Source: Patescibacteria group bacterium
GTDB taxonomy: Bacteria > Patescibacteriota > Microgenomatia > UBA1400 > PJMF01
DNA: 64,000 nucleotides
Reading direction: 5' to 3'
NCBI GenBank assembly: GCA_023382875.1
Contig: JAHDXH010000001.1
Span: 18,571 to 82,570 of the forward strand
Made by a program: the position numbers and the translations under genes. Positions 37,479-46,542 of this stretch are shown here, in pieces; the stretch's first letter is position 1; every line of letters starts with the position of its first letter. The notes below the pieces were generated by a model that saw nothing but the letters and a program-made list of their open reading frames with translations, was not told where the DNA came from and ran no database searches.

Positions 37479-37566
37479 TGGCGGAGGGGGCGGGATTCGA
37501 ACCCGCGGCAGCTTTCACCGCGGCGGTTTAGTAAACCGCTGCACTAGGCCACTATGCGACCCCTCC
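37479..37566 (-). tRNA. class II (long variable arm) tRNA, Ser-type, with anticodon loop TT-ACT-AA (apparent anticodon ACU)
   Basis: Minus-strand read GGAGGGG-TC-GCA-TAGTGGCCTAG-TGC-A-GCGGT-TTACTAA-ACCGC-[16-nt variable arm]-GCGGGTTCGAATCCCGC-CCCCTCC-G-CCA. Perfect acceptor and T stems, CCA encoded. One nucleotide away from a canonical tRNA-Ser(GCU) loop. Confidence 0.7.
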
Positions 37567-37669
37567 TGAAGTAGGCTGAAGATATATTTTATCACGTTTC
37601 CCCCATCTTATTGCTTGATCTTGATCGATCTATTTGCAGGTCTATGTTGCTGTCTGCTACTATTAATAC

Positions 37670-38128
37670 GTGCTAATCAAAGAAATTTACAAAAAGAATC
37701 CCAAAACAGTTTCCTCTTCAGCCACTATAGAAGAAGTGATTGACTCATTAATTAAAAATGACATTAACGGTTTAATCGTGGTTAATGATAATGGTGTAGT
37801 GAAAGGCGTCGTTTCTTTGCAAGATATTGCCGCCGCCACCATTCCCCGTCAGTTCAAAAATAACATTCGGATGGCGGCGGCCATGTACAAAAAAGGCTTC
37901 TTTACTGAAATGTGCCAAGGTCTCATGCATAAGACTGTAGCCACCGTTATGAGAAAAGAGTTTGTGGCTGTTGGATTGGAAGATAATATTATGGCTGTGA
38001 CTGCTGATTTTTTGAAAAACGATCTTTATATCGTTCCGGTTATCGAAGATAAAAAGTTATTAGGAGTTGTGACTCGTACTGAGATTAAACATGCCATCGC
38101 ATACGGCATGAGATCGATGCATAAATAA
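37670..38128 (+). CDS. CBS-domain pair protein (GTG start)
   Basis: Two CBS motifs (VVNDNGVVKGVVSLQDI and IVPVIEDKKLLGVVTRTEI). 152 aa. Confidence 0.75.
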   Translation: MLIKEIYKKNPKTVSSSATIEEVIDSLIKNDINGLIVVNDNGVVKGVVSLQDIAAATIPRQFKNNIRMAAAMYKKGFFTEMCQGLMHKTVATVMRKEFVAVGLEDNIMAVTADFLKNDLYIVPVIEDKKLLGVVTRTEIKHAIAYGMRSMHK

Positions 38129-38132
38129 ATAT

Positions 38133-39461
38133 ATGTTAGGCCACTTAACCATTTTCTCTATTATTTCTCTAGTTGTCTTGATGGTTGTTTACTATTTTTT
38201 GATCAGCGAAAAGCTGCCCAAAGCTTTAGTCGCTGTTTTAGGCGGCGTGACTTTGATTTTAATGCAGGTTTTTAGATCGGGAGAGGCATCGTCGCAAGAG
38301 AATGCTTTTCACTTTATTAGTCATAATTTAGATATTTTGGGTTTTGTGATCGGGATGATGATTCTGGTTGGTATCGTCAGAGAATCTGGTGTTTTTGAAG
38401 CAGTGGCGATTGGACTAGTCAAACTAGTTAAAGGCAAGCCGAGAATGTTGTTGATCGCGCTTGGTTACTTGACCTTATTCATGACAGCTTTTTTCTCCAA
38501 TATTCCCACTATTTTGATTTTGGCCCCAGTGGTTTTGGTCTTAATTAAGCAATTGAATTTGCCACCTCTCCCCTTCTTATTTATTGTGGTGACAATGGCT
38601 AACCTTGGCGGTGCTATGACGCCTATTTCTGATCCTACTACTTACTATCAGGCAAAAACTGTTGGTTTGTCGTTTTCTGAAGTGGTGTCTAATTCTGGTG
38701 TAATCGTCTTAGTTTTAAGTGTAGTTAGTACTTTGTATGTTTTGTTAGCTTTTAATAAAGATCTTAATTCTGCCAAAGTTAATCCTAAAGATGTAGCGCT
38801 TTTTGATCCCAAAAAAGCTATCCAAGATAAATATATTTTGCGTGTAGGTTTGCCGATCGCCTTGGTTAGTATTTTAGTGATGGTCTTTAAAGAAAAAATT
38901 TATACTGCCACAGGTATCTCTTTGGATAATGCTACTGTTACCATTGCTGCTTCATTTTTATCAATTTTAATTTTCCACAAAAAGCCACGCCAAGTTTTCC
39001 GCAACTTAATCGATTGGGAAATAATTTTCTTCTTTATTGGATTATTTGTGGTCGTTGGAGCTTTGGAATTCACCAATCTTATTTCTTTGTTGGCTAAGTC
39101 TTTGGTTGATGTGACAGGTGGAAATCTCAAGATGCTGTTGGGGCTAGTTACCATTGGTTCTGGTTTTATCTCAACCTTTATTGATAACGTGCCATACAAC
39201 ATCACTATGGTTAGCGCTATTCAAGAAATGCAAAGATCTGGTATTTGGGTTTATCCATTGTGGTGGGCACTCAACTTAGGTACTTCAATTGGTGGCGCTG
39301 GTTCACCAATCGCTGCTGCTTGTAACGTGATTGTTTTTGGTCAGGCAGAAAAAGAAAAAATCCACGTTAACTTTTTGAAGTATTTAATGGTCGCCTTGCC
39401 TCTAGTTTTAATTAATGGTTTGGTGACTTTTGGAATTATTTGGTTGAAGTTTTTGCGCTGA
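38133..39461 (+). CDS. anion permease of the ArsB/NhaD (CitMHS-like) superfamily
   Basis: 442 aa and about 12 TM with the internal duplication typical of this permease superfamily. Directly follows the CBS gene. Confidence 0.5.
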   Translation: MLGHLTIFSIISLVVLMVVYYFLISEKLPKALVAVLGGVTLILMQVFRSGEASSQENAFHFISHNLDILGFVIGMMILVGIVRESGVFEAVAIGLVKLVKGKPRMLLIALGYLTLFMTAFFSNIPTILILAPVVLVLIKQLNLPPLPFLFIVVTMANLGGAMTPISDPTTYYQAKTVGLSFSEVVSNSGVIVLVLSVVSTLYVLLAFNKDLNSAKVNPKDVALFDPKKAIQDKYILRVGLPIALVSILVMVFKEKIYTATGISLDNATVTIAASFLSILIFHKKPRQVFRNLIDWEIIFFFIGLFVVVGALEFTNLISLLAKSLVDVTGGNLKMLLGLVTIGSGFISTFIDNVPYNITMVSAIQEMQRSGIWVYPLWWALNLGTSIGGAGSPIAAACNVIVFGQAEKEKIHVNFLKYLMVALPLVLINGLVTFGIIWLKFLR

Positions 39462-39803
39462 GTGTTTGCCGCCCCACTTTTCCAATTCAGCAATTACAGG
39501 CTGCAGAGCATGGCCAATTTCAGTCAAAGAATATTCGACCTTAGGTGGAATTTCCGGATAAACTTTTCTAGTAACCACTAGGTCGTTTTCTAATTCACGT
39601 AGTTGCTTGGTGAGCATTCTTTGGGTAATGCCGTCCAATTCTCTGAATAGTTCGTTATAGCGTTTGGTGCCGCTGGTTAGTTGTTTGATTAAGGGTAGCT
39701 TCCATTTGCCGCCCAAAACCGCCAAAGCTTTGGCCACTTGGCATTCCTCATGGTTTATTTGCTTAGTCAATTTCATAGTATCAACAATGTATGTATACAA
39801 CAC
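39408..39803 (-). CDS. HxlR-type winged-helix transcriptional regulator. The start is possibly the internal Met at 39776.
   Basis: CQVAKALAVLGGKWKLPLIKQL...RYNELFRELDGITQRMLTKQLRELE matches the HxlR/MarR-like HTH. Divergent from the flavin reductase gene. Confidence 0.7.
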   Translation of the reverse strand: MLYTYIVDTMKLTKQINHEECQVAKALAVLGGKWKLPLIKQLTSGTKRYNELFRELDGITQRMLTKQLRELENDLVVTRKVYPEIPPKVEYSLTEIGHALQPVIAELEKWGGKHSAQKLQPNNSKSHQTIN

Positions 39804-39875
39804 ATTAGTATGTACTTGTTAATGTGTTTGTGTGAGGTATTATAAAACCTCTTATAATAAAGTAAAGCTAAGGAG

Positions 39876-40442
39876 TTGCTTATGAAAAAAAAGATCTTAG
39901 TTGTCTTAGGAACAACCAGGCAAAATCGAGCTGGCGAAGGTGTAGCCAACTGGGTAATGAAAAACTTACCAAAAACCAAAAACACTGAATACGAATTAGT
40001 TGACTTGCGCGATTGGCCACTGCCTTTCTTTGATGAAGCGATGCCTCCACTCGCATCTCAAGGAAACTATGAAAACGAATTAGGTAAAAAATGGTTAGAA
40101 AAAGCCAAATCAGCTGACGGATTTTTACTTGTAACTGCCGAATATAACCATAGTGTGCCAGCGGTTTTGAAAAACGCTTTGGACTACTGGTATTCTGGTT
40201 GGATGCAGCACAAACCAGTGGCTTTTGTTAGTTACGGCGCTACCTCTGGTGGAATTAGGGCAGTCGAGCACTTACGCCAAATTGGCTTAGAATTACGCTT
40301 GTTGCCTATTCACAACGAAGTAAACATTCCTTTCATTTGGGAAGCTTTTAATGAAGACGGTACAATTAAAAGAGAAAGTCAGGTTGGCCAGCTTCACTCG
40401 GTCATTGCTGAATTAGACGCTTGGTTCGACTTAGTTAAATAA
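39876..40442 (+). CDS. NADPH-dependent FMN reductase (flavodoxin-like fold)
   Basis: KILVVLGTTRQNRAGEGVANWV at the N-terminus plus the flavodoxin-like fold. 188 aa. Confidence 0.75.
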   Translation: MLMKKKILVVLGTTRQNRAGEGVANWVMKNLPKTKNTEYELVDLRDWPLPFFDEAMPPLASQGNYENELGKKWLEKAKSADGFLLVTAEYNHSVPAVLKNALDYWYSGWMQHKPVAFVSYGATSGGIRAVEHLRQIGLELRLLPIHNEVNIPFIWEAFNEDGTIKRESQVGQLHSVIAELDAWFDLVK

Positions 40443-40461
40443 GGCTAAATAACGTTAAAAA

Positions 40462-41391
40462 GTGCAAAAAATAATATTGCTGGCACTAGTTTTAATAATT
40501 GGTGCCACAATTTTTTTGACCATGCAAAAACAAACACCCCATACCCAGACAGAATCCAAACTTACTTCTCATCTGGAGATGGGGGTGGTTGAGTTGCTAG
40601 TTAATGATTTGAGTAGACAGCGACATTTTTATCAAGATTTGGTTGGGTTGGCTGTTTTAGATGAAGCTAGTGGGAGTGCCGTTTTGGGATATGAAGATCG
40701 GCCGATACTTAAATTAGTTGAGGACAAAAACAAACCCTTTCCTGCTACTCATAGCGCTGGTCTTTATCACTCAGCGACTGTTTTTGAGACGCGCTCAGCT
40801 TTGGCTCAAGCCTTACTAAGGATTTTGACTGATTCTCCACAACTTTATACGGGTAGTGCTGATCATTTGGTGAGTGAAGCCTTTTATTTTAATGATCCTG
40901 AAGGCAATGGTGTGGAATTATATTTTGACAAAGACCCAGCCACTTGGATTTGGAACAACGGCCAGATCGAAATGGATTCTGTCTATATTGATGTCAAAGA
41001 ATATATTTTGACGCATGGTCAAACTTCAGCGACTCAAGCTAAAAAAATGGGTCATGTTCATTTGAAAGTTGGTTCTATCGCTGAAGCTAAAAGATTTTAT
41101 GTGGAGGTGCTTGGTTTTAGAGTGACAGCAGAAATGCCGACAGCGCTTTTTATTTCCGATGGTCAATACCACCATCATTTGGGGATGAATGTTTGGGAAA
41201 GTAATGGTGCTGGCCAAAGACAGTCGACATTGGGTTTGAGTAGTTTTGTCATGATGCTTGATAAAAAAAGTGATTTGGAAAAATTAGAAGCAAGATTAAA
41301 TAAATTTGGCGTAGATTTCAAAAAAAATAGTGATCAAATAATAGTCTTTGATCCGTGGCTAAATCAATTAATTTTTGAGGCAGCTGAGTAA
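40462..41391 (+). CDS. VOC-family (glyoxalase/extradiol dioxygenase fold) two-domain protein with an N-terminal TM
   Basis: Two tandem VOC modules (LEMGVVELLVNDLSRQRHFYQDLVGL and MGHVHLKVGSIAEAKRFYVEVLGFRV). Confidence 0.7.
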   Translation: MQKIILLALVLIIGATIFLTMQKQTPHTQTESKLTSHLEMGVVELLVNDLSRQRHFYQDLVGLAVLDEASGSAVLGYEDRPILKLVEDKNKPFPATHSAGLYHSATVFETRSALAQALLRILTDSPQLYTGSADHLVSEAFYFNDPEGNGVELYFDKDPATWIWNNGQIEMDSVYIDVKEYILTHGQTSATQAKKMGHVHLKVGSIAEAKRFYVEVLGFRVTAEMPTALFISDGQYHHHLGMNVWESNGAGQRQSTLGLSSFVMMLDKKSDLEKLEARLNKFGVDFKKNSDQIIVFDPWLNQLIFEAAE

Positions 41392-41438
41392 GCTTTGGGG
41401 CTGATTTTAATCATAAATTCTTGGTATATTGATAGGGT

Positions 41439-42398
41439 ATGCCCAGTTTTTTTTCATATCAGGTTATCATCTATGTTGCTTGTTTTGTTGTAGTCTGGCT
41501 TGGTGCTGGTTTGGTTGTATCCTCGATTTCCGAATTGGCTAAATCATGGCGCCTGCCTTCATTCATCATTTCCTTTTTCTTATTGGGAATTTTGACCTCA
41601 CTGCCCGAAATTACCATTAGTACTATTTCAATTTTCAATGACGATCCTGCTATCATGGCGGGCAATTTATTGGGTGGTGTGATTGTGATGTTTTTGGGTG
41701 TCATTCCCCTACTTGGAGTGATTGGCAATGGGGTGAGGATGCCGACTAAATTTGACCAAAAACAACTAATTTTGACTTTGATCGTGGTAGTTGCGCCGGC
41801 ATTTCTAACTTCTGACCAAAGGATAAATAAGTGGGAAGCTATTTTTCTTATCATTCTTTATTTGTCGTTATTTATTTTCTTTTCTTTTAAGCAATCATTT
41901 TGGGAAAGAGTTGGCAGTAATTTGGCCAATAAAAAAAGATGGAATGTTCGTATTTTGGTCAAAACGGTAATGGGTGTCTTGGCTTTGATTTTGGCTAGCA
42001 ATCAGATTGTTAACTCTACGATTTATTTCGCCAATGTAGCGGGAATTTCGCCATTTTTCATTAGTTTAATTGTGGTGGCACTGGGAACCAATATTCCAGA
42101 AATTTCTATTATTTTTAGATCAGTTTTAAGTAAGAAAAAGGATATTGCCTTGGCTGACTACTTGGGCTCTGCTAGCGCCAATACTCTACTCCTTGGTATT
42201 TTTACTTTGCTTTACGGAAAAACTATCCAGCTCCCCAATCATTTTTTCCAAAGATTTTCCTTTTTGGCGGTTGGTTTAGTGTCTTTTTACTTTTTCGCTC
42301 GATCTAAAAACACACTTTCACGGGGCGAGAGTTTGGTTTTGTTGATGCTTTATCTTGGGTTTATCGGATTTGAGTTGGTATTTTTAGCTAATACCTAG
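41439..42398 (+). CDS. Ca2+/Na+ (CaCA-family, YrbG-like) cation antiporter
   Basis: Two alpha-repeat regions (GNLLGGVIVMFLGV and LGTNIPEISIIF). 10 TM. Confidence 0.75.
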   Translation: MPSFFSYQVIIYVACFVVVWLGAGLVVSSISELAKSWRLPSFIISFFLLGILTSLPEITISTISIFNDDPAIMAGNLLGGVIVMFLGVIPLLGVIGNGVRMPTKFDQKQLILTLIVVVAPAFLTSDQRINKWEAIFLIILYLSLFIFFSFKQSFWERVGSNLANKKRWNVRILVKTVMGVLALILASNQIVNSTIYFANVAGISPFFISLIVVALGTNIPEISIIFRSVLSKKKDIALADYLGSASANTLLLGIFTLLYGKTIQLPNHFFQRFSFLAVGLVSFYFFARSKNTLSRGESLVLLMLYLGFIGFELVFLANT

Positions 42399-42415
42399 TA
42401 TTTTATTGTTGATAG

Positions 42416-43630
42416 ATGAATAAAAAAATAATTGTCATTTTTCTGATTTTAGCTGTTTTGATTTTTGGTGGTTGGTGGTTTGTCAAAGATTACTTAGCTG
42501 TTGGTAGTAATGACTTTTCTTCGTTCAATATAAACGATGATTCTAATAACGAAGATTTTAAACAGAAAATCTCCCCAAGCACGGTGTCAGGAAATGCTCA
42601 AATAGTTAATTATAAAACCGAGTCAGTGGCGCAAGGTTTGCAAGTACCTTGGAGTTTGGTTTTCACTTCTAAAAATAGGATTTTAGTGACAGAGCGTCCT
42701 GGCAGGATTCGTGTAATTGAAAATGGTAACTTATTGCCTCAGCCCATTAGAACTTTTACAGTTTCCAATCAATCTGAAGAAGGTTTGATGGGAATGACCA
42801 CTGATCCTGATTATGATAAAAATAAATACATTTATTTGTGTATGGCTTATGGTGAGAGTGAGCCAATTTTTGACAAAGTAATGAGAGTGACAGATAAAGG
42901 TAGTGAGCTCAGCGATGACTTGGTTATCATTGATAAAATTCCAGCAGCTGAATTCCATGCTGGTTGCAGATTGCGCTTTGGTCCTGATAGTAAGTTGTAC
43001 GTGAGTACTGGCGATGCTAGGCAAAAAGAAAGGGCTCAAGATTTGGATTTTTTGGGCGGAAAAATTTTAAGATTGAATGCTGATGGAACAATTCCTGCTG
43101 ATAATCCCACTGCTGGTTCGCCTGTTTATAGCTATGGTCATCGCAATCCCCAAGGTTTTGATTGGCATCCTGTGACAGGCATGTTGGTAGCTACTGAACA
43201 TGGCCCATCTGGCAATGACGGCCCAGGTGGTGGCGATGAGTTAAATATTATCAAATCAAACCAAAACTACGGTTGGCCAGAAATATCACATCAGAAAACT
43301 AAAGCGGGCATGATTAGTCCTCTGCTTGAATGGACACCAGCCATTGCTCCGGCTTCAGGAATGTTTTATAAGGGGTTGGTTTTCCCCCAATTTACTAATA
43401 ACTATTTCTTTGGCATGTTGAGGGGCACCGGTATTGTAAGAGTGGTTTTTGATGAACAAAGTCCAGAAAAAGTTTTGAAAACAGAAAAGCTACCTGATGT
43501 TAATGTGGGCAGAGTTAGAGACATAGTTGAAGGGCCTGATGGCTTTATCTACTTTACTACTAGTAACAAAGATGGCCGTGGTAAGGCCAATGATGGCGAT
43601 GACCATATTTTCCGATTGGTTCCTGAGTAA
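42416..43630 (+). CDS. PQQ-dependent soluble sugar (glucose/sorbosone) dehydrogenase-like beta-propeller
   Basis: Signal/TM at the N-terminus. GDH/6PGL-family blocks GLMGMTTDPDY, HAGCRLRFGPD, HRNPQGFDW and HGPSGNDGPGGGDELN. Confidence 0.75.
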   Translation: MNKKIIVIFLILAVLIFGGWWFVKDYLAVGSNDFSSFNINDDSNNEDFKQKISPSTVSGNAQIVNYKTESVAQGLQVPWSLVFTSKNRILVTERPGRIRVIENGNLLPQPIRTFTVSNQSEEGLMGMTTDPDYDKNKYIYLCMAYGESEPIFDKVMRVTDKGSELSDDLVIIDKIPAAEFHAGCRLRFGPDSKLYVSTGDARQKERAQDLDFLGGKILRLNADGTIPADNPTAGSPVYSYGHRNPQGFDWHPVTGMLVATEHGPSGNDGPGGGDELNIIKSNQNYGWPEISHQKTKAGMISPLLEWTPAIAPASGMFYKGLVFPQFTNNYFFGMLRGTGIVRVVFDEQSPEKVLKTEKLPDVNVGRVRDIVEGPDGFIYFTTSNKDGRGKANDGDDHIFRLVPE

Positions 43631-43650
43631 TAATTTCCCTCAAGTAAATC

Positions 43651-43679
43651 TTGACAAAATGGCTTTTTAGGCCTATAAT
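43651..43679 (+). promoter_or_regulatory. perfect consensus sigma70 promoter TTGACA-17-TATAAT
   Basis: TTGACA at 43651-43656, 17-nt spacer, TATAAT at 43674-43679. Sits 37 nt upstream of the small ORF at 43716. Confidence 0.6.
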
Positions 43680-43715
43680 ATATTTAGTGTTAGCTCTTAA
43701 TGATCGGAGAAGACA

Positions 43716-43898
43716 ATGAGCGCACAAGATATTTTGAACGCGATGGATAAGGTTCGCCCAAATCATGGTTTGAAACTGCGGGACATTCAGTATTTCTTGA
43801 ACAACTCCGCTAACGTCAAACTCATGGAAGGGAAAACTGTTGAAGAAGTCGCCCGCTACATTTGTTCAGTTTATCTGGACATAGCTGGCACTTACTAA
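43716..43898 (+). CDS. small hypothetical protein (60 aa) with its own consensus promoter and terminator
   Basis: ORF MSAQDILNAMDKVRPNHGLKLRDIQYFLNNSANVKLMEGKTVEEVARYICSVYLDIAGTY. GC is higher than in the flanks. Confidence 0.45.
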   Translation: MSAQDILNAMDKVRPNHGLKLRDIQYFLNNSANVKLMEGKTVEEVARYICSVYLDIAGTY

Positions 43899-43920
43899 GC
43901 CATTAGCGTCATTGACAATA

Positions 43921-43953
43921 AAAAGCCAGCTGCATCACGCGCTGGCTTTTTTA
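43921..43953. terminator. bidirectional intrinsic terminator (AGCCAGC...GCTGGCT, A-tract upstream, T-tract downstream)
   Basis: 7-bp stem at 43924-43947 followed by TTTTTT. Shared by convergent genes. Confidence 0.6.
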
Positions 43954-44454
43954 CATCTTTCGACTGTCATAGGCCCAATGCAAAAGCGCTTGTCGTTGTT
44001 TTGGACGACAGGCTAAATCTCGAGTTCGACAGGCCTTTTTGAGTTGCGCGATGTGCCTCGAAATAGCTTTCCATCTTTTGATTTGTCTCTTATCATCTTC
44101 ATGTCGTCTGCCTAGGTAATACCGACAATACCATTGAAACCAACCTCGTGGGTCATCTGGATGAATCCAACCATTTCTCTTCCATATTGATAATGGCTGA
44201 CTTGCTTTAATGTGAAAGAAATTTAATTTGGAGTCTGGCTTTTGTGGTGAAAGCTTGGCATGATCAAACCAATCTTTGGGGAATTCGCTTTGGCAATCGG
44301 TTAGATAATGACCACCAAATACGCCTAGTTCTAGCATTTCTTTGGGGGTTAATTCCGGCTTGAATTCTTCGTCAAAATTTTCACCGATCGGCTCTGATAA
44401 TTCATACCAATAATTTTGCTGCATCTTGTCGTTAACAATAACGGTTGTGCTCAT
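43951..44454 (-). CDS. hypothetical protein (168 aa from ATG at 44454; the track ORF extends to 44532)
   Basis: Trp/Arg-rich C-half WFQWYCRYYLGRRHEDDKRQIKRW. No family recognised. Confidence 0.4.
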   Translation of the reverse strand: MSTTVIVNDKMQQNYWYELSEPIGENFDEEFKPELTPKEMLELGVFGGHYLTDCQSEFPKDWFDHAKLSPQKPDSKLNFFHIKASQPLSIWKRNGWIHPDDPRGWFQWYCRYYLGRRHEDDKRQIKRWKAISRHIAQLKKACRTRDLACRPKQRQALLHWAYDSRKM

Positions 44455-44462
44455 AATAAATA

Positions 44463-44858
44463 TTATGATTTTAGCTTGCCAACAACTATCGCAGTTATTG
44501 ATGATACTAAACTGCCAATGGTTGTTCCCCAAATCAAGTCAATTATAGTAATACTGAGTGGCCAGTTTTTTAATGTAGCTAAGTTAGTAAGATCATATGT
44601 TGCATAAGTAACAAGGCCAAAGAAGCCGCCCATTATAGCTGTCGATATTAAAGTTTTTTCTTGTTTTAAGGCAGGATTTATGACAAAAAAAGTTAATCCA
44701 GCAATAAATAATAAGTAAAAAATAATTGCCGCAATCCAATTAACTTCTGTTTTAAGTAAAAAGCCAATTTGCTTGTTGTAAATATCTCTGGCAATTATGC
44801 CTAGCCAAAGCATATCAATAACAAAGAACATAATGGTCGCAATTAAATAAGTTTTCAT
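44463..44858 (-). CDS. small integral membrane protein (DUF2177-like, 4 TM)
   Basis: 131 aa with four hydrophobic helices. Pattern resembles DUF2177. Confidence 0.45.
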   Translation of the reverse strand: MKTYLIATIMFFVIDMLWLGIIARDIYNKQIGFLLKTEVNWIAAIIFYLLFIAGLTFFVINPALKQEKTLISTAIMGGFFGLVTYATYDLTNLATLKNWPLSITIIDLIWGTTIGSLVSSITAIVVGKLKS

Positions 44859-45003
44859 AAATTTAATTCTATTCTTTTTTAATCTTAAAAATAAGTATTC
44901 TTTCTCTTTTCTTACATCATTTTAAGTGTGCGCTTGTTTTAAAAAACTATATTCAAATCATCTCATAGAGTGAGATTTTAAAAATTATTAAGGAACAAAG
45001 ACT

Positions 45004-46113
45004 ATGAAAATTGCTCAAATTGCTCCGATCGTTGAAAGAGTTCCGCCAAAAAAATATGGTGGTACGGAAAGAGTTGTCCACGTTCTGACTGAGGAGTTGG
45101 TAAAACTTGGACATGAGGTAACATTATTTGCGACTGCCGACTCAATAACATCGGCCAAACTAGTAGGAACCGTTGATAAAGGTTTGCGAGAAAAAAACAT
45201 TACCGATAGTTATACAAAAAATGGTTATACACTTTCCCATGTAGGTAAAGCCTATGATCGTTATAAAGAATTCGACATTATTCACGACCATGTCGGGGCT
45301 CTAAGTTTGCCAACAGCGAATATTTGTCCTAAGCCAGTTATTTCTACACTCCATGGTGCATTTTTTGATCATAATAAAAAACTTTATGAGAGTTTAAACA
45401 ATCCATATTTTGTAACAATTTCTGATGCTCAGGGTGAGCCTGTCCCCGATTTACACAAAGTAGCAACTGTTTACAACGGTTTAAACATGAGTCATTACCC
45501 TTTCGAAGATGAGCCAGAGGATTATCTTTTATATGTTGGCAGAATCGCGCCCATTAAAGGTACTCATCTTGCCGTGCAAATTGCCCATGAATTAGGTTTG
45601 CCGCTGATTATTGCTGCTAAGTTGGAAGAAGAAAACAAGGAGTACTTTGACAAAGAAGTTAAGCCATATCTTTCCTCTACTATTAGATGGGTGGGTGAAG
45701 TTGATGAAGAAGAAAGAAACAGATTAATGAGTAAGGCTAAGTGTTTTTTACACCCAGCGACGTGGGAAGAGCCTTTTGGTTTAACACTCATTGAAGCAAT
45801 GGCTTGTGGCTGTCCAGTAGTTGCTTTTAGCAAAGGTTCGATTCCCGAAATTATTGAAGATAAAAAAACCGGTTTTGTGGTCAAAGATCTTAAAGAAATG
45901 GCAACTGCTATTTTATCGATTGAACAAATTGATCGTTGGTATTGCCGTGAATATGCTTTGACTAAGTTTAATGCTCAAAAAATGGCTGAACAATACGAAA
46001 GTCTATATTACTTAATCTTAGGTCAGACAGTTAAGGACTTTGAGCCTGACTATGATTATGTGCAATCAATTAGACCAAGGCTTAGTGCTTATAGAGAATT
46101 AATGTTTACTTAA
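45004..46113 (+). CDS. family 4 glycosyltransferase (GT-B)
   Basis: C-terminal GT4 signature EPFGLTLIEAMACGCPVVAF...GFVV. 369 aa. Confidence 0.8.
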   Translation: MKIAQIAPIVERVPPKKYGGTERVVHVLTEELVKLGHEVTLFATADSITSAKLVGTVDKGLREKNITDSYTKNGYTLSHVGKAYDRYKEFDIIHDHVGALSLPTANICPKPVISTLHGAFFDHNKKLYESLNNPYFVTISDAQGEPVPDLHKVATVYNGLNMSHYPFEDEPEDYLLYVGRIAPIKGTHLAVQIAHELGLPLIIAAKLEEENKEYFDKEVKPYLSSTIRWVGEVDEEERNRLMSKAKCFLHPATWEEPFGLTLIEAMACGCPVVAFSKGSIPEIIEDKKTGFVVKDLKEMATAILSIEQIDRWYCREYALTKFNAQKMAEQYESLYYLILGQTVKDFEPDYDYVQSIRPRLSAYRELMFT

Positions 46114-46192
46114 TTCTTACAAGAATTTGTCGAAAAATTATTGACTCAATTTATAAACTAAGTTGAACATTAAAAAATAAAGAAAGGAAATC

Positions 46193-46447
46193 ATGAATAT
46201 ACTTTTATGGTTAATTCTTGGAGCAGTGTCGGGTTGGATTGCTTCAATGATTATGAAAACTGATCAACAGCAAGGAATATTCCTCGATGTCGTTTTAGGC
46301 ATCGTAGGGGCAGTAATCGGCGGAACTTTAATGAGCTTCTTTGGACAACCAGGAGCAACAGGTTTCAACTTTTACAGTCTCTTTGTCTCAGTTTTAGGCG
46401 CCGTGGCCTTGCTTTCACTGGGAAAATTTTTCTCAAGATCTCACTAA
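46193..46447 (+). CDS. GlsB/YeaQ/YmgE-family stress membrane protein
   Basis: WLILGAVSGWIASMIM...DVVLGIVGAVIGG is the characteristic transglycosylase-associated protein motif. 84 aa. Confidence 0.75.
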   Translation: MNILLWLILGAVSGWIASMIMKTDQQQGIFLDVVLGIVGAVIGGTLMSFFGQPGATGFNFYSLFVSVLGAVALLSLGKFFSRSH

Positions 46448-46470
46448 TTATTAGTTGCTAGTTGAGATGG

Positions 46471-46508
46471 TTGGGCCGGGGTGAATCGCCCCGGCCCAAT
46501 TTGATTTG
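46471..46508 (+). terminator. intrinsic terminator GGGCCGGGG-tgaatc-GCCCCGGCCC followed by a T-rich run
   Basis: 10-bp GC stem at 46471-46499, then AATTTGATTTG. Confidence 0.65.
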
Positions 46509-46542
46509 CTAAAATCAAAACAGACTTTATGATATTAAAGAA

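Noticed and set aside
37590-37660. Short repeats cttgatcttgatcgatct upstream of the CBS gene
   Set aside because: Only about two imperfect copies of a 6-7-nt unit in an AT-rich intergenic region. More likely promoter-region simplicity than a functional repeat.
45960-45990. Palindrome ATCTCA-tagag-TGAGAT upstream of the GT4 gene (about 44966-44982)
   Set aside because: A single 6-bp-arm inverted repeat in AT-rich DNA. It is too weak to call an operator without a candidate regulator. Noted only.
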